Part shown: piece after piece, positions 36,880 through 42,935 of the stretch
How the letters are laid out: each line of letters begins with the position of its first letter
How positions within the stretch are numbered: position 1 is the stretch's first letter
From: Geobacter sp.
Lineage (GTDB): Bacteria > Myxococcota_A > UBA9160 > JADFDR01
Direction: 5' to 3'
DNA length: 42,935 nucleotides
Assembly (NCBI GenBank): GCA_018262735.1
Contig: JADFDR010000001.1
Coordinates: 1-42,935, forward strand
Position numbers and translations under genes: made by a program
Notes under the pieces: model-generated
Told to the model about the DNA's origin: nothing
Databases searched by the model: none
The model's input: the letters and a program-made list of their open reading frames with translations, nothing else

Positions 36880-36895
36880 CGCGAGACATCTCGCG
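36880..36895. promoter_or_regulatory. 16-nt perfect palindrome between cinA and recA (candidate operator or small hairpin)
   Basis: cgcgaga-ca-tctcgcg lies about 52 nt upstream of the recA ATG and 18 nt after the cinA stop. Function is unknown. Confidence 0.25.
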
Positions 36896-36912
36896 TCGCC
36901 GCAATCGCCTTT

Positions 36913-38202
36913 TCAATCCACTGGCTGTGAAATCCCTCCGGCACGATTCAAATTCCAATCAAACCCAAGCATGCGACGTCGAAGTCCGTCGAGTGCGATC
37001 TGCGTCGTGAGCAAGCGGTGACGATTGCGTTCCAGCTCCGCGCAAAACGAACGCACTTGCGTCGCCTCTCCTCGACGCGCGATTGCAACATAAGCGAAAC
37101 CCACGGGCTTTTCGGCGCTTCCCCCCGTCGGCCCAGCGATGCCGGTCGTCGCCACACTCAACTCTGCACCCAGTCTCGTGCACGCGCCCTCCGCCATCGC
37201 CCGCGCCACGGCTTCCGAAACCGCACCATGCGTCGCAAGCAGCGCCGGGTCGACGCCAAGAAGTTTCGCTTTGAGCTCGTTCGAATATGCGACAACGCCT
37301 CCGAGAAAAACTTCCGAGGCACCGGCAACCGCGGTCAAGCGTTGCGCAATCCATCCGCCTGTACACGATTCTGCGACAGCAAGCGTTTGATGAGATTCGC
37401 GCAAAAGATTTACAACAATTTTTTCGAGATCTTCCTGCTCTTCACCGTACAGCACCGCGCCAAGACGTTCGCGCAAAACGGCCTGCGCCTGAGCGAGATG
37501 CGCTTGCACCTTCGCCGGCTCATTCCCCTTGGCTGTGAGTCGCAAAAAAAGATCTGGAAATGCAATGCGGAAGCCGAGCGTGACTCCTGATCCGTGAAAA
37601 CAATCTTTGAGCGCCTCTTCGAGCGAAGATTCACCAATGCCAAATGTGCGCAACAAGATCGTGCTCGACACTTCTTTGCGTAAATCGCTTCTCTTTTCGA
37701 TCTGCGGCACAACGCTCTCGTTCATCATCTTCACAAGTTCTGCAGGAATACCCGGCATACAAAAAAACCAACTCTTGCTCTCCTGCAAAGCAAATCCAGG
37801 AGCCGTGCCAAGTGGATTTCTCAAAACTTCGGAGCCTTCCGGGAAGTAAGCCTGTTTGGCGTTGCTCTCTGCCATGGTGCGTCCGCGCCGAACAAAGTAC
37901 TGCTCGATCTCACGCAGCGACGCCGTGTCGAGAACGAGTTTGCGACCAAAGGCTTTCGCAATCGACTCAGTCGTTCGATCATCGCGAGTCGGGCCAAGAC
38001 CACCCGAAACCAAAATCAAATCACTGCGTGCCGCCGCACACCGAAATGCGTCAACGAGTTCTCCCAAATCATCGCGTATGGAGGTTTGGCGATACGCCTC
38101 GACCCCGAGCTCGCAAAGCCGTGCCGCCAAGAAACTCTTGTTCGAGTCGAGAATTTCTCCTCGAAGCAACTCATCGCCGATGGTCAAAATCTCCGCCTTC
38201 AT
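36913..38202 (-). CDS. cinA: competence/damage-inducible protein CinA (MoCF-binding domain + nicotinamide-nucleotide amidohydrolase PncC domain)
   Basis: MKAEILTIGDELLRGEILDSNKSFLA, VSGGLGPTRDD and AVAESCTGGWIAQRLT. The start ATG overlaps the pgpA stop (ATGA at 38199-38202). Confidence 0.9.
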   Translation of the reverse strand: MKAEILTIGDELLRGEILDSNKSFLAARLCELGVEAYRQTSIRDDLGELVDAFRCAAARSDLILVSGGLGPTRDDRTTESIAKAFGRKLVLDTASLREIEQYFVRRGRTMAESNAKQAYFPEGSEVLRNPLGTAPGFALQESKSWFFCMPGIPAELVKMMNESVVPQIEKRSDLRKEVSSTILLRTFGIGESSLEEALKDCFHGSGVTLGFRIAFPDLFLRLTAKGNEPAKVQAHLAQAQAVLRERLGAVLYGEEQEDLEKIVVNLLRESHQTLAVAESCTGGWIAQRLTAVAGASEVFLGGVVAYSNELKAKLLGVDPALLATHGAVSEAVARAMAEGACTRLGAELSVATTGIAGPTGGSAEKPVGFAYVAIARRGEATQVRSFCAELERNRHRLLTTQIALDGLRRRMLGFDWNLNRAGGISQPVD

Positions 38203-38885
38203 CCCCCGAGTCCTCCGCCCAGTACCCAAAGCAGCAATCCCATCACGCCTGCACCCAAAATCCCGGCCACCACGTCATCAAGCATCACACCAAGTCCACC
38301 GGAAAACGCGCGCTCCGCAGCTCGAACCGGCCCCGGCTTCACGATGTCGAAAAAACGAAATACGACGAAACCGACGAAGAGCAAAAGCCAGAACTGCCAG
38401 CTTCCCCAACCTTCGTGCATCCCTTCGCGCATCCAACCTTCGCGTGCCCATTCTCTCCACGTTTCCCGCACCGGCCCGCTACCCAATCGCGTGCTGCACA
38501 AAACAGGCAAAAGCGTCAGCAATTGCCCAACGACTTCGTCGATCACGATTCGCCCGTCGTCTTCACGGCGAAAAATGGCTTCGACACGGTCGGCGGACCA
38601 AACACCGATCGCGAAGAACGCCAGGACAGTGAGTGCATACAAAGCGAGAGAAAGTTGCGACAAACCGAGAAAAACAATGACGCCTGCGGCCGATCCGAAG
38701 GTGCCGGGCGCTACCGGCGCAAAACCGGTCCCAAAAAAGGTCGCTGTCAGCAAAGCGACCTTCTGATCGAACGTCTTGGAATCGTTGATGTTTTTTTGAG
38801 TTTCGATGGTCGTGCCACTCAAGAACCGGGTTGATTTTCTCACTTTGGTGGGGCCAAAGGCGTGGAGCCACACTACATCCAGCAT
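38199..38885 (-). CDS. pgpA: phosphatidylglycerophosphatase A
   Basis: FGTGFAPVAPGTFGSAAG, IVIDEVVGQ, FRFFDIVKPGPV and GVMLDDVVAG. Start is uncertain: the ATG at 38885 is the first Met consistent with the conserved core, and the track ORF extends to 39152. The protein contains a Trp-rich insertion. Confidence 0.7.
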   Translation of the reverse strand: MLDVVWLHAFGPTKVRKSTRFLSGTTIETQKNINDSKTFDQKVALLTATFFGTGFAPVAPGTFGSAAGVIVFLGLSQLSLALYALTVLAFFAIGVWSADRVEAIFRREDDGRIVIDEVVGQLLTLLPVLCSTRLGSGPVRETWREWAREGWMREGMHEGWGSWQFWLLLFVGFVVFRFFDIVKPGPVRAAERAFSGGLGVMLDDVVAGILGAGVMGLLLWVLGGGLGG

Positions 38886-39060
38886 TTGCGAGGCGTCAAC
38901 ACAAAAAGCGAAAAAAAGGAGAAAGTCCGGCAAAATCCCTGCTCGAAGTTTTCCGCTTCGACCGTCAAGCTGCCCCTCTCTAGAGACGATGAAACGTTTG
39001 CTGCCGAAGTTTGGCCTTCGCGGCACACGTCGCTTCCCAAGGTGAAAGTCGGAAAACTCC

Positions 39061-40794
39061 ATGATGGCCGATCCCTCAGCACTGACCGCGCCCAAAGCAC
39101 GTACCGCGAGCGGTGTCGCAACGCTTTGGGTGGAGCTTGCACGCGCGATCAAGGGCTATCGGTTTTATCCGGCCCACCACCCTCAGTTGCAGGAAATCAT
39201 CAACCGCAGTTTTCGAACTTGGCGCGCAGATCTCAACCGACACGGTGCAGTGGAGGTGATACTACACCAAGGAGTGTTGAGTCTCGTCCACGCAACGCCG
39301 AACATGGCGACACACTCGGATGAACTCGCGCGCGAATTTACCTCCCACGATGTTTCCGCACTGCGAATTACGCCAGCCCTGACGCAAGACGGGTTTCACA
39401 CGCTCCTCGAATTTTTCGCAGATACGGATTCGAGATCGAACGCGCTGCTCAAGCGCCAAAAATGGATTCAGGCTGCAGCCGAACAAGGCATCGACATTGC
39501 CACGGAGCGCACCGCGCGCACAGAACGAGCACTCACGCAAATGGCAGAGAACGATCCACTCGCCTTGCTCGAAGCAAGTCCGAATTTTTCCGAGAACTCA
39601 GAGGAATTGACTGACGATCAACTCGACGACACGGATCCTGCAACTCTTTTGGCAGAACTCCTGGAACCCGAAGCCCTTGAATATTCAACATCAAGAAGTG
39701 TTACACCGACACACGACACCTCAACCGCAGCAACGCAGCCCACTGCGCGCCAATCCTTGCATGAACACCGCAAGGCGGAGCTTGAAGCCCTACTCGCTCA
39801 ACTTCAAAAAACGGAAGACGCTGCCGCCTACGATTGCCTCGCAGCGGAAGCGATCGCCACGGCCAAGTTGCTTTTTGAAGACGGAGACCACGATGCTGCG
39901 TATCAGGCGATTCTGACCCTTTCCGCGCATGCAACACTCGATGCGGGTTTTCACGAAAAGCAACGCCGTAGCGCAAGCGAGGCACTCATCGCATTTGTTT
40001 CGGGACCGCGACTTGCCGATTTGATCGCACGTGCATGCACCGCCGATACTTCCCTACGCATCCGTGCGACACAGATTTTGTTGCAACTTGCAGAGCATGC
40101 TGTACCCGCCTTGTTGCGAAGCATCGAAACGTTGCAAAACCCCGATCATCGCAGTCAGGTTGCAGGCATTCTGATTGCCATCGGCGAACGGGCGACACCC
40201 TATTTGCTGCGCACCATGCAAGGAAACAACTTGCGTGCTGCGCGCGTAGCAGCGCGTATCGCTGGAGAAATTCAAAATCCGGCCGCAGTCTCGACGCTGC
40301 GCAAACTCATGACCAGCACCGATCCTGCACTCTCGAAAGAAGCATCGAAAGCTCTCGTGCTGATCGGCGATGCAACAGCAATCGGCGCTCTGATCCATGC
40401 GCTCTTGCACGAACCGAGCGCAATCGCAACGCAAGCAGCTTACTGGCTCGGCAAAGCGCAGTCTTCGCATGCCGTACAACCACTCGCAGATATCGTACAA
40501 CAAGCGACACTTCGCGGTGACTTCGCTTTGGCGCAGGAAGCCCTGCGTGCCTTGGGCCATATCGGCGCGCCAGAAGCGATTCCGTCACTGCTCTTTGTGT
40601 TGGAACAACGCAGCTTTTTCAAGCGTCAACAAATCACCGACCTCAAATTGATCGCCCTACACGCGCTTGCCAACATTCACGGTGACGAAGCCAAGAAAAA
40701 ACTCGAAAAGTGGGCAACATGCGAAGATCCTGCCCTCAAGCGCGAGGCAAGGCGCGCCTTCCTCAAACGCGCTCCGGGCCGCGCTTTGCCATGA
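39061..40794 (+). CDS. HEAT-repeat protein (PBS-lyase-type HEAT repeats) with an uncharacterised N-terminal domain
   Basis: The C-terminal half contains repeated units of about 31 aa ending A(V/I)xxL (RATPYLLRTMQ, NPAAVSTLRKLM, DATAIGALIHAL, SSHAVQPLADIV, APEAIPSLLFVL). It is divergent from pgpA. Confidence 0.7.
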   Translation: MMADPSALTAPKARTASGVATLWVELARAIKGYRFYPAHHPQLQEIINRSFRTWRADLNRHGAVEVILHQGVLSLVHATPNMATHSDELAREFTSHDVSALRITPALTQDGFHTLLEFFADTDSRSNALLKRQKWIQAAAEQGIDIATERTARTERALTQMAENDPLALLEASPNFSENSEELTDDQLDDTDPATLLAELLEPEALEYSTSRSVTPTHDTSTAATQPTARQSLHEHRKAELEALLAQLQKTEDAAAYDCLAAEAIATAKLLFEDGDHDAAYQAILTLSAHATLDAGFHEKQRRSASEALIAFVSGPRLADLIARACTADTSLRIRATQILLQLAEHAVPALLRSIETLQNPDHRSQVAGILIAIGERATPYLLRTMQGNNLRAARVAARIAGEIQNPAAVSTLRKLMTSTDPALSKEASKALVLIGDATAIGALIHALLHEPSAIATQAAYWLGKAQSSHAVQPLADIVQQATLRGDFALAQEALRALGHIGAPEAIPSLLFVLEQRSFFKRQQITDLKLIALHALANIHGDEAKKKLEKWATCEDPALKREARRAFLKRAPGRALP

Positions 40795-42140
40795 GCGACA
40801 CCAAGCAACAGCTCGCCGTGATTTTGCGCCAACTCGGCAGCGCGGTGCGTGCATGCAAACTTTACGCAACAGGTCATCCCTCGATCCACACGCCGATTTT
40901 GCATCTGGCCACGGCGCTCTCCGTCATGCTCAAAGAACGCGACCATATCGTACTCGGCCTGATCGACGACGTATTGATCCTCGACGAAATGCCTTTCTAC
41001 GAAGCCAACGATGAATTTCCTCGTGTCTACACTGCTTTGCGTCAGTTGGATGTCGAAGCCGTTCTCTTGCAGCCCGGCGTCACGTTCTCGGAACTCGAGC
41101 GCTTTGTGCGCATTCTCGCCTCGCAAGATCAAATTCACCCACCTTCGATCCTCGAAGAAGCACAGAAAAACGCGATGCCCCATATTGCGTTTCGCGAAAA
41201 AACCGCCGCGAGCGGGGATCCTCAAGCCTTGATTTCCGTGACCTACGAGGAATCGATGGGCGAGATGTTCGAACTGCTTTCCCAACTTCGCTCCGGCAAA
41301 ATCGCCTTTGCCGAAAATGCAACGCAACTGCTCACGATCATGCGCGAGATGATCCTCACTGCGCCGGCGGCGCTCTTCGGACTCACGCTGCTCAGAAAAT
41401 ACGATCCTTATACTTATTCTCACTCGATTACGACGGCGCTCTTTGCACTCGCATATGCCCGTCATCTGGGGATTGGCGGCGAAGATCTGCACCGCGTGGC
41501 ACTCGCCGGCTTGCTGCACGACGTCGGAAAAGTGCGCACCGCCGAAAAGATCATCAAAAAGCCAGGCGCACTGACTCTCGAGGAGCTTGAAATCATGCAG
41601 AAGCATCCCGCACTCAGCGAGGAGCTGTTGCGTGAGTTCGGCGACGTCGACGAGGAGACTCGCCGCATCGTGCTCTATCACCATATTCGTTTCGATGGCA
41701 CGGGATACCCAAAATTGTGTCAAGGTGAAGAGCCGCATCCCTTGAGTGCAATCATTTCGATCGCCGATTGTTACGACGCACTCACGACGACGCGTCCCTA
41801 TCAAAAATCACGTCATCCCGGCGAGGCCATTCGCATCATTCGCCGCCTCATCGGCAAAGCCTACGCACCGCAGATCGTCGCCGACTTCGTGGCCATGATT
41901 GGCGCCTATCCTGTTGGTGATCTCGTGCGACTTTCGTCCAACGAACTGGCCGTCGTTGCAAAACTCAACGAACTCGATGCCACGAGTCCGACGGTGCTGA
42001 TCTTCCAGAACTCCGAAGGAAAGCGGCTCGATCCACCTCTTGCCTGTGATCTCGCGGCGCCGCAGGCCGAGAACCGCGAGATCCTCGGCATTGAACCCCA
42101 CGCTGCAGGAATTGAAATTCCCGAAATCCTGCCGGTCTGA
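40791..42140 (+). CDS. HD-GYP domain protein (putative cyclic-di-GMP phosphodiesterase)
   Basis: HS...AGLLHDVGK (HD motif) and HHIRFDGTGYPK (GYP motif) are both intact. The ATG overlaps the stop of the HEAT gene (ATGA at 40791-40794). Confidence 0.85.
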   Translation: MSDTKQQLAVILRQLGSAVRACKLYATGHPSIHTPILHLATALSVMLKERDHIVLGLIDDVLILDEMPFYEANDEFPRVYTALRQLDVEAVLLQPGVTFSELERFVRILASQDQIHPPSILEEAQKNAMPHIAFREKTAASGDPQALISVTYEESMGEMFELLSQLRSGKIAFAENATQLLTIMREMILTAPAALFGLTLLRKYDPYTYSHSITTALFALAYARHLGIGGEDLHRVALAGLLHDVGKVRTAEKIIKKPGALTLEELEIMQKHPALSEELLREFGDVDEETRRIVLYHHIRFDGTGYPKLCQGEEPHPLSAIISIADCYDALTTTRPYQKSRHPGEAIRIIRRLIGKAYAPQIVADFVAMIGAYPVGDLVRLSSNELAVVAKLNELDATSPTVLIFQNSEGKRLDPPLACDLAAPQAENREILGIEPHAAGIEIPEILPV

Positions 42141-42198
42141 TTTCGCGTGCGTGTTTCGTACGAAGAGAATTCCGCGCACTCTTGCTAGGGTTGTTGCT

Positions 42199-42618
42199 AT
42201 GCGAATATTGGCCATCGATTACGGTGCAAAGCGTATGGGACTTGCGATCTCCGATCGCGAAGGAAAATTTGCGTTCTCCGCAGGCGTGCTCGAACGATGC
42301 GGTATCGAGCGCGACGTCGCATCTCTCATGCAACGCATCACCGACGAAAACGTAGAAAAAATCGTTTTCGGATTGCCCTTGCACATGAGCGGCAGAGAAG
42401 GGCCGGAGGCGGCAGCGGTGCGAAGCTTTGCCGAAAAACTCCGTGCGACGTGCGCGCTGCCCATCGATTTTTTCGACGAGCGAATGACGACACTCGAAGC
42501 CAAGCGCGCCTTGCACGAGATCGGGGTTTCCTCGAAAAAACAAAAAGCGCGAATCGATGAAATGGCCGCTTCGATTTTATTACGCACTTACCTCGACAGG
42601 ATGAAGGCATCCGAATGA
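42199..42618 (+). CDS. ruvX: Holliday junction resolvase-like protein RuvX (YqgF)
   Basis: MRILAIDYGAKRMGLAISD, VFGLPLHMSG and DERMTT. Confidence 0.9.
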   Translation: MRILAIDYGAKRMGLAISDREGKFAFSAGVLERCGIERDVASLMQRITDENVEKIVFGLPLHMSGREGPEAAAVRSFAEKLRATCALPIDFFDERMTTLEAKRALHEIGVSSKKQKARIDEMAASILLRTYLDRMKASE

Positions 42619-42935
42619 CACGTCTCCTCGGTCGCATTTTCTTACTCCTGAGTCTTCTGCTCGGGATCGGCGGATTCTTCACCTACCAATTTTGGTGTAG
42701 GGCAACGAGCCCTGTTCAGCTCGACTCTCCTGCGCCGACTGTGGAAATCCTTTATGTCGTTTCTCCGGGCACAAACGTACGCCGCATTGCCGAAGACTTG
42801 GAACGGCAAGGCATCGTACGCAGCGCATACGTCTTGCGGATCCTTGCGCGATGGCAAGGCATCACGAAACGGATGCAAGCCGGCGAATACGAACTCTCTC
42901 CAACGATGTCGCCCGAGTCCATCCTACACAAAATT
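42615..42935 (+). CDS. mltG: endolytic murein transglycosylase MltG (YceG), N-terminal 107 codons (runs off the right edge)
   Basis: My own translation gives MTRLLGRIFLLLSLLLGIGGFFTYQFW...VVSPGTNVRRIAEDLERQGIVRSAYVLRILARWQGITKRMQAGEYELSPTMSPESILHKI. This is a TM anchor followed by a YceG-type LysM-like start. The ATG overlaps the ruvX stop (ATGA). The ruvX-mltG pairing is conserved in many bacteria. Confidence 0.85.
   Translation, partial: MTRLLGRIFLLLSLLLGIGGFFTYQFWCRATSPVQLDSPAPTVEILYVVSPGTNVRRIAEDLERQGIVRSAYVLRILARWQGITKRMQAGEYELSPTMSPESILHKI

Noticed and set aside
36829-36912. Canonical LexA/SOS box upstream of recA
   Set aside because: I found no match to the LexA operator consensus sequences I can recall. 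Only the unrelated palindrome at 36880-36895 is present, and it is reported separately at low confidence.

Overview
GC-rich Gram-negative chromosomal segment (BamD, DegP, PilT and NhaA are present; the phylum cannot be determined from sequence alone). Genes are tightly packed and many neighbours share ATGA or TGATG start/stop overlaps. The left ~7.5 kb is an AT-richer accessory or defence island. It holds a truncated RhuM-like gene, a translationally coupled basic 220-aa plus acidic 68-aa orphan pair, a 1,642-aa single-polypeptide Type ISP restriction-modification enzyme (Mrr-like nuclease, SF2 ATPase, N6-adenine methyltransferase, TRD), and a low-GC orphan membrane-anchored protein. The rest is core housekeeping: thiD; dnaB-ldcA-(beta-lactamase-like hydrolase)-mpl; rpsF-rpsR-rplI; pdxS/pdxT; nhaA; a minus-strand string of CDP-alcohol phosphatidyltransferase, DUF1844, htrA, ispE, tRNA-Gln, prs, rplY and pth; bamD-TPR-cvpA; pgpA-cinA-recA-pilT-alaS-ispG; and HEAT-(HD-GYP)-ruvX-mltG. 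Observations worth a second look: (1) the uncharacterised genes around the Type ISP enzyme; (2) a ~100-110 bp palindromic MITE/REP-like repeat family with four clear copies, two bracketing nhaA and two forming a head-to-head pair; (3) ribosomal protein S18 with a ~110-aa N-terminal RGGD-repeat extension containing a perfect 54-bp tandem duplication, next to an S6 with a long acidic tail; (4) in-frame tandem-repeat insertions in mpl and pgpA; (5) unusually long non-coding spacers around pdxS/pdxT; (6) a coupled HEAT-repeat/HD-GYP pair that appears to share an N-terminal domain. No CRISPR array, rRNA, integrase or transposase was seen.
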